Shown: positions 1 through 8,830 of the stretch, piece after piece
How positions within the stretch are numbered: the stretch's first letter is position 1
Layout: each line of letters opens with the position of its first letter
Assembly (NCBI RefSeq): GCF_944382705.1
Contig: NZ_CALWNE010000046.1
From: an uncultured Allofournierella sp.
Lineage (GTDB): Bacteria; Bacillota; Clostridia; Oscillospirales; Ruminococcaceae
DNA: 64,000 nt
Strand: one strand, 5' to 3'
Translations under genes and position numbers: made by a program
Notes under the pieces: model-generated
Database searches by the model: none
The model's input: the letters and a program-made list of their open reading frames with translations, nothing else
What the model was told of the DNA's origin: nothing

Positions 1-1534
1 GTACCGGATCCATCAGACCCACCAGACCAACAAAGACCATCTGCTGCTCGGCGTTCTGGCTGGAGAGGGGATGGGGCAGACTGGGCCAGCTGCGGCGGGC
101 AGCTGCCAGCACCCGCAGAGCCTGGCTGGCCATCTGGTGATTTTGGGCCAGAATCTGCTGGCGCACAGCAGGGGTCAGGGGCTCCACAGTGCCGTCATGG
201 AGCCAGTGGGTGCACCGTTCCAGCAGTACATCCGGCGCACCCTTGGTGCATTGCAGGATGCTGCCCCCACTGCGGTGGAAGGTGGACATACATTTGCGCT
301 GGCTGTCAAAAGGCAGCTCTCCCACACGGGGGCTGGCCCCTTGCAGGCTGGCCTTGGGGTGGCCCAGCTGGGCGGCGTATTCCACCAGGGCCAATTCGGT
401 GGCCTCACCCTGAGGGGTTCCGTCTGCGGCAAACAGTACATCGGTGCAAAGAGCCAAGGTTTGGGCCAGGGGCAGCGTGTCGCCCCAGTGGCGGCGTACC
501 TGCATCTTGTTTTGGGTCAGGGTGCCGGTTTTATCCGAACAGATGACCTGGGCACAGCCCAGCGTTTCCACGGCGGTCAAACGGCGGATAACAGCCCCCT
601 GGCGGCTCATGTTGGTAACGCCCACCGACAGCACAATGGTTACCACCGCTGCCAGACCCTCCGGGATAGCGGCCACGGCCAGGCTTACCGCCACCAAAAA
701 GGTGGAAAGAACGGTTTCCAGCGAGTACTCACCGGCGCGCCACAGCCCAAAGCCAAACAAAAACAGGCAGATTGCCAGCACAACGCCGCTTAGGGTTCTG
801 CTCAAACCGGCCAGTTTTTGCTGCAAGGGTGTTTTGCCCTGGGCGGTATCCGCCAACACCCCGGCGATATGGCCCATCTGGGTGTCCATGCCGGTGGCGG
901 TTACAAGCAGGGTGCCCCGGCCATACCGCACGGTGCTGCCCATGTAAGCCATGCAGGTGCGATCCCCCAGAGGCACGGTGCTGCTTAGTGCCTGGGTGGA
1001 TTTTTCCGCCGGAACACTCTCTCCCGTAAGGGCAGATTCTTCGATTTTAAGGCTGACAGCTTCCAGCAGGCGGCCGTCTGCCGGTACCGCATCCCCGGCG
1101 GTTAACAGAACAATGTCGCCTGGTACCAGCTGGCTGCTGGGCAGGTGCAGCAGCTGGCCGCCCCGGCGCAGGGTGCTTTGGGCTGCAGTAAGCTGCTGAA
1201 GGGCCTGGATGGCCTGTTCCGCCTTGTTTTCTTGCACCACCCCCAGCAGGGCGTTAATGACGACCACGGCCAAAATAATCAGGCCGTCCCAGATGCTTTC
1301 GCCTGCACACAAAGAGGTAAGGCCGGAAACAGCAGCGGCGGCCAGCAGCACCACAATCATGGGGTCGGCCATCTGCTGCAAAAACCGTTGAAACAGCGAC
1401 TCCCGTTCGGCTTCACGGAGCTTGTTTGGCCCGTATTGGTTCAGCCGCTGGGCGGCCTGGGCTGCGGTGAGTCCCTGGGTGCTGGACCCCAGAGCGGACA
1501 GGGCCTGCCCGGGGCTTTGTTGGTACACTTCCAT
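1..1534 (-). CDS. P-type cation (Ca2+-type) transporting ATPase, N-terminal about 510 aa; 3' end lies beyond window start
   Basis: Absent from the ORF track because it runs off the edge. My minus-strand translation from ATG 1534 (AGGAGA RBS upstream) reads MEVYQQSPGQALSALGSSTQGLTAAQAAQRLNQYGPNKL... It contains LTGES, the phosphorylation motif ICSDKTGTLT, and GLVGLMDPV at the window edge. The + ORFs 71..1555 are its antisense shadows. Confidence 0.9.
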   Translation of the reverse strand, partial: MEVYQQSPGQALSALGSSTQGLTAAQAAQRLNQYGPNKLREAERESLFQRFLQQMADPMIVVLLAAAAVSGLTSLCAGESIWDGLIILAVVVINALLGVVQENKAEQAIQALQQLTAAQSTLRRGGQLLHLPSSQLVPGDIVLLTAGDAVPADGRLLEAVSLKIEESALTGESVPAEKSTQALSSTVPLGDRTCMAYMGSTVRYGRGTLLVTATGMDTQMGHIAGVLADTAQGKTPLQQKLAGLSRTLSGVVLAICLFLFGFGLWRAGEYSLETVLSTFLVAVSLAVAAIPEGLAAVVTIVLSVGVTNMSRQGAVIRRLTAVETLGCAQVICSDKTGTLTQNKMQVRRHWGDTLPLAQTLALCTDVLFAADGTPQGEATELALVEYAAQLGHPKASLQGASPRVGELPFDSQRKCMSTFHRSGGSILQCTKGAPDVLLERCTHWLHDGTVEPLTPAVRQQILAQNHQMASQALRVLAAARRSWPSLPHPLSSQNAEQQMVFVGLVGLMDPV

Positions 1535-1670
1535 GATAGTTCTCCTTTCGCGTAGTCCTTGTAGCCCATTAGTACGCAGTGGGGCGGCAGGATATGCACC
1601 TGGCGCAGGGAGGCAAGAAAGTTTGCCCGGAGATTGCCGGAATTTGTTGCTTTTCAGCGGTGCAGTGCTG

Positions 1671-1679
1671 TGGTATAAT
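1671..1679 (+). promoter_or_regulatory. extended -10 promoter element (TGgTATAAT) upstream of the AEC transporter
   Basis: tgg-tataat at 1671-1679, about 120 nt upstream of ATG 1799. No good -35 is visible, which an extended -10 tolerates. Confidence 0.4.
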
Positions 1680-1798
1680 GACCAAAGTTCAAAAAATCAT
1701 CCCACAGCATAGCAAACAAGCGGTGCGCCGGCCATTGTATTGGAAGGCGAGAAAAAACAGATGCAGGCAGTGGCTGCCTGGGAGAGGAGAAAACCATT

Positions 1799-2725
1799 AT
1801 GTGGGAGACCTTGCAAAGCAGTTTGGTGTATCTGCTGGTGCTGGCCCTTGGATATGGGGCCAAGCGTGCCGGGCTGTTCAAGAAGGAGTCTGCGGGGTTT
1901 TTGTCCGTGCTGATTATGGACATCACCCTGCCCTGTGCAATTTTGAATACCATCGGGGGCAGTCCCTTTCATTGGTCGCTGCTGCTTATTACGGCCTGTG
2001 CCGTGGCGCTTAACTGCCTGCTGCTGGCGGCGGCGGTGCTGACCAGCGCAAAGCAGCCAGCCGGAGAAAGAATTTTAAGCATTCTCAACAGCAATACCTT
2101 CAACAACGGCAATTTTGCCATTCCGTTTTTGTCCGGTATGGTCAGTGCCGAAGGATTTTCTGCCATGTGTATGTACGATATGGGCAGTGCCATCATGACC
2201 TTTGGGCCAAACCTGGCCCTGGTACAAAAGGTGCTGGCCCGGCCGGGGTCATCCACCGGGCCGGTGCAGGTGGCAAAACGGCTGCTGACCACCCCCACCT
2301 TTGTGGCCTATCTGGTGATGCTGGGCATGAATGCCCTGGGCTGGAACTTGCCGCCCTTGGTGGATGGGGTCGTTTCCATGGGGGCGGCGGCCAACCCCTT
2401 TTTGGCCATGCTCTGTGTGGGAATCCTGTTTGAGCTGCGGCTGCCCCGTTCCGGCGGGCGGCTGATTGCACGCTGCCTGGCACTTCGGTATGGGATATGT
2501 ACCCTGTTTGCCCTGGGGCTGTGGCTGTTTTTGCCCGCAGACCCGCAGGTGGTGCGCACCCTGGTTGTTATGACCTTTGCCCCCATTGCCAGCTGTGCGG
2601 TTATGCTTACGGTGGACAGTGGGGGAGATGGCAGCATGGCGGCGGTGCTTAACTCCCTGAGTATGGTTATCAGCATTGCAGTGATGCTGGTTTTGCTGGT
2701 GCTGCTGCCCCTGCCGGTGCGCTGA
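1799..2725 (+). CDS. AEC (auxin efflux carrier) family permease
   Basis: 308 aa polytopic membrane protein with the typical AEC N-terminus (MWETLQSSLVYLLVLALGYGAKRAGLF). GGAGAGGAGA RBS upstream. Confidence 0.8.
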   Translation: MWETLQSSLVYLLVLALGYGAKRAGLFKKESAGFLSVLIMDITLPCAILNTIGGSPFHWSLLLITACAVALNCLLLAAAVLTSAKQPAGERILSILNSNTFNNGNFAIPFLSGMVSAEGFSAMCMYDMGSAIMTFGPNLALVQKVLARPGSSTGPVQVAKRLLTTPTFVAYLVMLGMNALGWNLPPLVDGVVSMGAAANPFLAMLCVGILFELRLPRSGGRLIARCLALRYGICTLFALGLWLFLPADPQVVRTLVVMTFAPIASCAVMLTVDSGGDGSMAAVLNSLSMVISIAVMLVLLVLLPLPVR

Positions 2726-2781
2726 GGGGCAGCATACAGCCAAAATGTGCACTGCAAAAAATACAGGAATGTGAGAGAAAC

Positions 2782-4164
2782 ATGAAAAAACAACGAACCA
2801 TAGAAAATGACCTGGGGCGGGACCCAATCCCCCAGCTGGTGCTGCGCATTGCCCTGCCCAGTATGCTGGCTCAGTTTGTGAGCGTGCTGTACAGCGTAGT
2901 GGACCGTATGTACATTGGAAATATTCCTCAGGTGGGCAGCCTGGCACTGGCAGGTGCCGGGGTATGCGGCCCGGTGGTAACCATGATTGGCTCGGTGGCT
3001 TTTTTGGTGGGCATTGGCGGCTCACCGCTGCTGAGCATCCGGATGGGACAGAAGGACCAGCAGGGGGCAAAAACCGTGCTGGCCAGCAGCTTTGCCTTGT
3101 TAAGCGTGCTCAGCCTGGTACTGATGGTGCTGGCACTGGCCACCCGGGAACAGGCGCTTTTGCTGTTTGGTGCCAGCGAAAGTACCCTGCCGTATGCCAT
3201 GCGGTATTACACCATCTATCTGCTGGGTACCCCGGCGGCTTTGCTGGCCACCGGCATGAACCAGTTTATCATCTGCCAGGGCTTTGCCAAAAAGGGAATG
3301 CAGTCGGTGATGCTGGGGGCAGTGCTCAATATTTTGCTGGACCCAGTGTTTATTTTTGGGTTCAATATGGGGGTGGCCGGTGCGGCGTTGGCCACCATTT
3401 TAAGCCAGCTGGGCAGCTGTGTGTTTGCACTGAAATTTTTGTTCAGCAAGGTGCCGCCCGTTCCCATTACCTTTGGAGGGTACAATGGGGCCATTATAGC
3501 CAGGATACTGGCCATGGGCTTTACCCCATTTATGATTATTGCCTTTGACAACATGATGATTATTGCCCTGAACGCCCTGCTTCAGCAGTATGGGGGAGCA
3601 CAGCAGGGGGATTTGCTGGTGGTGGCGGCCACTATTGCCCAAAGCTTTATGCTGGTGGTCACCATGCCGCTGGGCGGCATTACCGGCGGTACCGGCTCCA
3701 TTTTGGGCTACAATTATGGCGCAGGCAGGCCGGACCGCATCTTGCAGGCGCAAAAGCTGATTTTTGCCTTGGGGATGGTGTACACCGGCATTATGTGGCT
3801 GGCAGCACAGCTGATTCCCCACCTGTTTGTGCAGATTTTCAGCCAGGATCCCCAGGTTATGCCTCTGGCAATTAAGGCGATCCGCATCAGTGCATCGGTG
3901 ATTGTGCCGCTGGCGATCCAGTATGAAGTGGTGGATGGATTTGCCGGCATGGGTATGATGCGCTACTCGCTGCCCCTTTCCTTTTTTAGAAAGCTGGTTT
4001 ACTTTGTGGCGCTGTTTTTGCTGCCCAGGTTCTTTGGGGCCGAAAGCCTGTTTTATGCCGAGCCAATTTCAGATGTGCTTGGCCCGCTGTTTTCGCTGGT
4101 GGTATATCTGCGGTGCATCCGCTGGGTGGTGGGAAAACCCGCCCCCACGGCTGCAAAGGATTAA
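2782..4164 (+). CDS. MATE family efflux transporter
   Basis: 460 aa, about 12 TM segments. The N-terminus ...PIPQLVLRIALPSMLAQFVSVLYSVVDRMYIG is the classic MATE start. Confidence 0.85.
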   Translation: MKKQRTIENDLGRDPIPQLVLRIALPSMLAQFVSVLYSVVDRMYIGNIPQVGSLALAGAGVCGPVVTMIGSVAFLVGIGGSPLLSIRMGQKDQQGAKTVLASSFALLSVLSLVLMVLALATREQALLLFGASESTLPYAMRYYTIYLLGTPAALLATGMNQFIICQGFAKKGMQSVMLGAVLNILLDPVFIFGFNMGVAGAALATILSQLGSCVFALKFLFSKVPPVPITFGGYNGAIIARILAMGFTPFMIIAFDNMMIIALNALLQQYGGAQQGDLLVVAATIAQSFMLVVTMPLGGITGGTGSILGYNYGAGRPDRILQAQKLIFALGMVYTGIMWLAAQLIPHLFVQIFSQDPQVMPLAIKAIRISASVIVPLAIQYEVVDGFAGMGMMRYSLPLSFFRKLVYFVALFLLPRFFGAESLFYAEPISDVLGPLFSLVVYLRCIRWVVGKPAPTAAKD

Positions 4165-4492
4165 AGGAAGCTGCCCGGCTGCTGGATGCTTTTGCAAAAC
4201 CCAGCAAGCCGGGCAGTTGCTGTAAGGCAGGGATATGCCGCTGAACGGCTGAATTTTGCAGACTTTTTGAAGCAAAGAACCAGAACAAACTGGTGGAATT
4301 TCGTAAGGAATACCGAATTTGGAGTTTCGTTCTCAAAATTTATCCTTTTAGGTATACAAGGAATGCTGCTTTCGGTATAATTGTAAAATGCAATGGAATA
4401 GGATTTGAAAAGGGTAAAGGAGATGGCCCCACAATAGGGCCATTCCAGACCCAAGTCTGCCTGTTCAACAAGGAAAGGAGCATGGATTCCAC

Positions 4493-5164
4493 ATGGAAGT
4501 ATGCCGCACACAAGCGTTGTTTGATTTAAGCCATACCCTGGCAGCCCCCCTGTTGGAGCAGGTGGAATGGCCTTGGCAGGCTTTGGAAACTTTGGGTGAC
4601 TTTTTAAGCAAGCTGGGCCCCCAGCTGCCCCAGGAAGAATACAAGGAAATTGCACCCCAGGTATGGGTGGCCGACAGTGCTGTTGTTGCGCCCTCGGCCA
4701 GTGTGCAGGGCCCCTGCATCATTGGGCCTGGGGCGGAGATTCGCCATTGCGCTTACATCCGGGGCAACGCCCTGGTGGGTGCCGGTGCCGTGGTGGGCAA
4801 TAGTGTAGAGCTGAAAAACTGCATTTTGTTTGACCAGGCTCAGGTACCCCATTTCAATTATGTGGGAGATTCCATCTTGGGCTATAAGGCACATCTGGGC
4901 GCTGGTGCCGTAACCAGCAACCTGAAAAGTGACCGTTCCTTGGTGGTGATTCGTCAGGGCGAGGAGCGTCTGCCCACCGGCCGCAAAAAGCTGGGTGCCC
5001 TGGTGGGCGATGAGGCAGAAGTAGGCTGCAACAGTGTTTTGTGCCCCGGCAGTGTGCTGGGCCGCAGCAGCCAGGTGTATCCCACCAGCTGCGTGCGTGG
5101 TGTGGTGCCTGCTCATCATATTTATAAAGATGCCCAGCGGGTGGTACCCCGCTGCACGGAATAA
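4493..5164 (+). CDS. left-handed beta-helix (hexapeptide repeat) protein, GlmU C-terminal-domain-like
   Basis: Runs of [LIV]-G-x-x-x-x hexapeptides (IGPGAEIRHCAYIRGNALVGAGAVVGNSVELKNCILFDQAQV...LGAGAVTSN...VGCNSVLCPGSVLG). 223 aa with no nucleotidyltransferase domain. Ends 14 nt before glmM. Confidence 0.7.
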   Translation: MEVCRTQALFDLSHTLAAPLLEQVEWPWQALETLGDFLSKLGPQLPQEEYKEIAPQVWVADSAVVAPSASVQGPCIIGPGAEIRHCAYIRGNALVGAGAVVGNSVELKNCILFDQAQVPHFNYVGDSILGYKAHLGAGAVTSNLKSDRSLVVIRQGEERLPTGRKKLGALVGDEAEVGCNSVLCPGSVLGRSSQVYPTSCVRGVVPAHHIYKDAQRVVPRCTE

Positions 5165-5178
5165 GGAGTGTAAACACA

Positions 5179-6522
5179 ATGGGAAGACTGTTTGGAACCG
5201 ACGGCGTGCGTGGCATTGCCGGTAAGGATATTACTTGTGAACTGGCCATGGCCATTGGCCGTGCCGCTGCTGTGGTGCTGGCCTATGGCCGCCGTCGCCG
5301 CCCCCTGGTGGTGGTAGGTAAGGATACCCGCATCTCCAGCGATATGCTGGGCTCTGCACTGGCTGCCGGCCTGTGCTCGGTGGGTGCGGATGTGATTGAT
5401 TTGGGCGTGGTACCCACCCCTGCTGTGGCCTATCTGGTGGGCCGCTACAAGGCAGATGCAGGCGTGATGATTTCCGCCAGCCACAACCCCTACGAATTCA
5501 ACGGCATTAAAATCTTCAACGGCGAGGGCTTTAAGCTGCCCGATGAGCTGGAGGAGCAGATTGAGCGGCTGATTGAGGCAGGGGAGTTTATCTATGCCCA
5601 GAACGAACAGCTGGGTCAGATTACCCACTGCACCACCGCTGCCCGTGACTACATTGAACACCTGAAAACCACCATTCCCTACTCTCTGGAAGGGCTGAAC
5701 ATTGCAGTGGACTGCGCCAATGGTTCGGCCAGTGTTACCGCCCGCACCCTGTTTGAGGAGCTGGGCGCCAATGCAGTGGTAATGTGCGACCAGCCGGACG
5801 GCGTAAACATCAACGAGGGCTGCGGTTCCACCCATCTGGAAAAATTGCAGGAGTATGTGCGCACCCATGGCATGGATGCAGGCGTAGCCTTTGACGGCGA
5901 CGCAGACCGCTGCCTGTTTGTGGATGAAAAGGGCAATGTGGTGGATGGTGACTTTATCATGGCCGTTTGCGGCCTGGATATGCAGCAGCGGGGCAAGCTG
6001 CGCCGCTCCACCATCGTGGGTACTGTGCTCACCAACCTGGGCTTTGTGCAGTTCTGCGAGCGCAACGGCATGAAGTTTGCCGCCACCAAGGTGGGCGACC
6101 GCTATGTGCTGGAGGAGATGGAGCTGGAAGGCTATACTCTGGGCGGCGAGCAGAGCGGCCATGTGATTTTCCGTGAATTTGCCACCACCGGCGACGGTCA
6201 GCTGACCGCCATTCAGCTGCTGTGCCTGATGAAACGCTGCGGCAAGCCCCTGTCGGAACTGACCAGCGTGATGCAGCGTCTGCCCCAGGTGATGGTGAAT
6301 GTAAAGGTAAGCGCTGCCGGTAAGCTGGAGTTCTACAACAACGATGCCATCAAGCAGGCCATCCACCAGGCAAAGGAAAAACTGGGCGATACCGGCAGGG
6401 TTCTGGTGCGGGTAAGCGGCACCGAGCCTTTGATTCGTGTGATGGCCGAAGGCGAGAGCCTGGAGCAGATTCAGCCCATTGCAGATGAGCTGGCCGCCCT
6501 TGTGAAAAAAGAGCTGGCCTAA
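5179..6522 (+). CDS. glmM: phosphoglucosamine mutase
   Basis: MGRLFGTDGVRGIAG N-terminus, active-site SASHNP, 447 aa. AAGGAG RBS. Confidence 0.95.
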   Translation: MGRLFGTDGVRGIAGKDITCELAMAIGRAAAVVLAYGRRRRPLVVVGKDTRISSDMLGSALAAGLCSVGADVIDLGVVPTPAVAYLVGRYKADAGVMISASHNPYEFNGIKIFNGEGFKLPDELEEQIERLIEAGEFIYAQNEQLGQITHCTTAARDYIEHLKTTIPYSLEGLNIAVDCANGSASVTARTLFEELGANAVVMCDQPDGVNINEGCGSTHLEKLQEYVRTHGMDAGVAFDGDADRCLFVDEKGNVVDGDFIMAVCGLDMQQRGKLRRSTIVGTVLTNLGFVQFCERNGMKFAATKVGDRYVLEEMELEGYTLGGEQSGHVIFREFATTGDGQLTAIQLLCLMKRCGKPLSELTSVMQRLPQVMVNVKVSAAGKLEFYNNDAIKQAIHQAKEKLGDTGRVLVRVSGTEPLIRVMAEGESLEQIQPIADELAALVKKELA

Positions 6523-6582
6523 GGCTTTTTTTAGCATGGCCGCAAGCAGAGCAAAAGGCAGCCATTGATAAATTGCAATGAT

Positions 6583-6634
6583 AAAACCCGTGGCAAAGGC
6601 CCCTGTTGGAGGGCGGTTCTGCCACGGGTTTTTG
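6583..6634. terminator. bidirectional rho-independent terminator between convergent glmM and the DUF454 gene
   Basis: aaaacccgtggc (6583-6594) pairs with gccacgggtttt (6621-6632). T-runs follow on both strands. Confidence 0.6.
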
Positions 6635-6732
6635 ATTGTGTAACAGGAATAGCAGAAGCAAAGCCCCCGGATGAGCCGATTCTCGCTGTGAGAGTGGGCA
6701 CCATCCAGGGGCTTTTGCATTTAATGGGGAAG

Positions 6733-7110
6733 TTATTCTTCGCTGTTATCCTCCAGGGTTTTGATGCGGAAAGCAAAGTAGTACAGGTGGAACAGCCAGA
6801 CCAAAGCCAGTACAATGCGGCCCACAGGAACCTGGTTCATCATAACAAATCCAATGCCCATGGTTAAGGTAACGGTGAGCATGATGTTCCGCTTGGTTTT
6901 GCGAGTCATGGCCCGCTGCTCCCGAAAGCTTTTGAAGTTGTTTTGATACAGCTTGGTGCTCAAAAACCAATCATTCAAACGACGGGAACCCTTTGCAAAG
7001 AAAAAGCAGGTGCCCAGCAAAAAGGGAGTGGCGGGAAGCAGGGGCAGTGCGGCACCCAGTGCGCTGAGTGCCAGGCAAACCAGGCCCAAGGCAATGTAAA
7101 GATATTTCAT
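6733..7110 (-). CDS. DUF454 / YbaN-family small inner-membrane protein
   Basis: 125 aa. MKYLYIALGLVCLALSALGAALPLLPATPFLL... is the characteristic YbaN start. AGGAGG RBS. Confidence 0.75.
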   Translation of the reverse strand: MKYLYIALGLVCLALSALGAALPLLPATPFLLGTCFFFAKGSRRLNDWFLSTKLYQNNFKSFREQRAMTRKTKRNIMLTVTLTMGIGFVMMNQVPVGRIVLALVWLFHLYYFAFRIKTLEDNSEE

Positions 7111-7171
7111 AACAAATCTCCTCCTTGTAATGGGTCGGGCCAGGTGCCCGCAAATATACTCAGTTCAAGCC

Positions 7172-8830
7172 TCAGCTCAAGCGGCCGTGTTCCACGCTGT
7201 AAGTGGTATCGGCAATGCGCATGGTAGAAGCCCGGTGGCTTACCAGCACCACCGTTTTGCCCGCCCGCTGCTGATGCAGGCTTTTAAGAATGACAGCTTC
7301 GTTCAGGCTATCCAGGTTGCTGGTGGGCTCGTCCAGCAGAATGAGGGGTGCATCGTGCAAAAATGCCCGTGCAATGCCCAGTCGCTGCCGCTCGCCGCCG
7401 GAAAGTGTGTCGCCCAGTTCACCAACAGGCGTATCATACCCCTTGGGCAGGCTCATGATGAATTCATGCACCGATGCCTTTTTGCAGGCTTCTACCACCT
7501 GCTCATGGGAAGCGTCCGGGCGGGCGATTTTTACATTTGCTTCAATGCTGTCGTGAAATAGGTAGGTTTCCTGGGTAACATAGCTTTCCATATCCCGCAG
7601 GGCGGTGGTGCGAATGCTGCGTATATTCTGGCCGGAAATTTCCACAGATCCCTGGGAAACATCCCAAAACCGCATAAGCAGTTTCAGCAGGGTAGACTTG
7701 CCGCTGCCGCTGCGCCCGGTAATGCCCACAATCTTGTTTTGGGGCAGAGTGAGGCTAATGTCCTTGAGGATGGATTCCTGCTGATAAGCAAAGTTTACCT
7801 GGCTGCAGGCGGCACCGGTAAAGGCGGGGGTGCTGCCGGTGGTGTTTTCCTCCACAATGGGGGCTTCGTCCAACACATCCAGCACCCGGTTGCCAGCGGC
7901 AAAGGTCTGTTGCAGGGTGCTGCCCAGATTGGCCAGGGCCACCACCGGCCCAAAGGAGCTCATGAGAGCAATCAGGGAAATAAACAGGCCGTCAAAGCCC
8001 ACGGCACTCTGTTCCAGCAGCAGGCTTGCAAGGGCCAGCATGGTCATGGAGCAAACCAGAATCAGCGCACCGGTGAAGGCGGTGGCGGTACCCAGGGCAG
8101 ATTTCATCTGTTCCTCTTTTTTCAGCAGCTGTCGGGTCTGCTGGTCCATCTGCTCCATACGGCGGGCGCCTGCATCGTATTGAATCAGTTCGGCCAAGCC
8201 CCGCAGGCTATCCAGCACAAAGGAACTGAGAGCACCGGACTGGGTGCGATATTCCAGGCCCCGGCTGCCGCCGGTTTTGGCAGCTGCCACCGGCACAACA
8301 ACGCCCACCAGGGCAAAAGAGATGGCCGCCCACAGCCCCAGAATCCAATGATACTGGCCGATGAACAGGGTCATGATAACCGACATAATGGCCGCAATGG
8401 CAATGGGGGAGATGGTGTGGGCATAAAAGACTTCCAGCAGCTCGATATCCGAGGTGATGACGGAAATCAAATCGCCTTTGTCCCGCCCTTCCAGCTTGGC
8501 GGGAGCCAGCCGGCGCAGTGCACCAAAGACTTTATCTCGAATTAAGGCCAGCAGCTTAAAGGCAATAAAGTGGTTGCAGGCTTGCTCGGCATAGCGAAGC
8601 AGACCACGGGCCACAGCAAACAGGCCCATGCAGGTAAACAGGGTGGCCAAGGTAGGGGTGGGGCCAAGGGCCAGCACCCGAATCATGGCAAAGCCTGCAA
8701 AAATTGTGATGAACTGAGCACATAAAAAGCCTGCCACACCCATGGCGATGGCGGTAATCATAAAGCCCAGCAGGGGGGTTACAAGGCCAATCAGCCGGCC
8801 CATGATAACCAGGTCAGAGCGTTTTTTCAT
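7172..8830 (-). CDS. ABC transporter permease/ATPase fusion, CydC-like (thiol-reductant exporter family)
   Basis: N-terminal 6-TM domain plus Walker A GRSGSGKST, signature LSGGERQR and Walker B LILLDEPTS. I place the start at the internal MKKRSDLV (ATG 8830), which overlaps the upstream stop as ATGA. The longer track ORF (to 8971) would overlap the upstream gene. Confidence 0.85.
   Translation of the reverse strand: MKKRSDLVIMGRLIGLVTPLLGFMITAIAMGVAGFLCAQFITIFAGFAMIRVLALGPTPTLATLFTCMGLFAVARGLLRYAEQACNHFIAFKLLALIRDKVFGALRRLAPAKLEGRDKGDLISVITSDIELLEVFYAHTISPIAIAAIMSVIMTLFIGQYHWILGLWAAISFALVGVVVPVAAAKTGGSRGLEYRTQSGALSSFVLDSLRGLAELIQYDAGARRMEQMDQQTRQLLKKEEQMKSALGTATAFTGALILVCSMTMLALASLLLEQSAVGFDGLFISLIALMSSFGPVVALANLGSTLQQTFAAGNRVLDVLDEAPIVEENTTGSTPAFTGAACSQVNFAYQQESILKDISLTLPQNKIVGITGRSGSGKSTLLKLLMRFWDVSQGSVEISGQNIRSIRTTALRDMESYVTQETYLFHDSIEANVKIARPDASHEQVVEACKKASVHEFIMSLPKGYDTPVGELGDTLSGGERQRLGIARAFLHDAPLILLDEPTSNLDSLNEAVILKSLHQQRAGKTVVLVSHRASTMRIADTTYSVEHGRLS

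Noticed and set aside
1-12. GTACC-GGATCC at the very start looks like KpnI/BamHI cloning sites.
   Set aside because: It is in frame within the ATPase and encodes the conserved ...GLMDPV... segment, so it is native sequence.
71-1555. Plus-strand ORFs (71..793, 444..947, 1145..1555 and others) at the left edge.
   Set aside because: They are shadows of the minus-strand P-type ATPase, which carries the TGES and DKTGTLT motifs. The track omits that gene only because it is truncated by the window.
5122-6720. Very long ORFs antisense to real genes: 5122..6720 (532 aa), 16028..16726, 17417..18604, 22004..23092, 23017..25434 (805 aa), 27595..28968, 42306..43856, 44187..45212, 57313..58242, 60179..61765 and 61778..63541.
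   Set aside because: Each lies exactly opposite a gene with unmistakable family motifs (glmM, metF, metH, gtrB-like, glf, ugd, comM-like, pgm, rpoD, rpoB). Their translations are low-complexity (G/A/H/Q/L/V-rich), with no RBS and no recognisable motifs. Stop-free antisense frames are an expected by-product of the codon bias of GC-rich genes.
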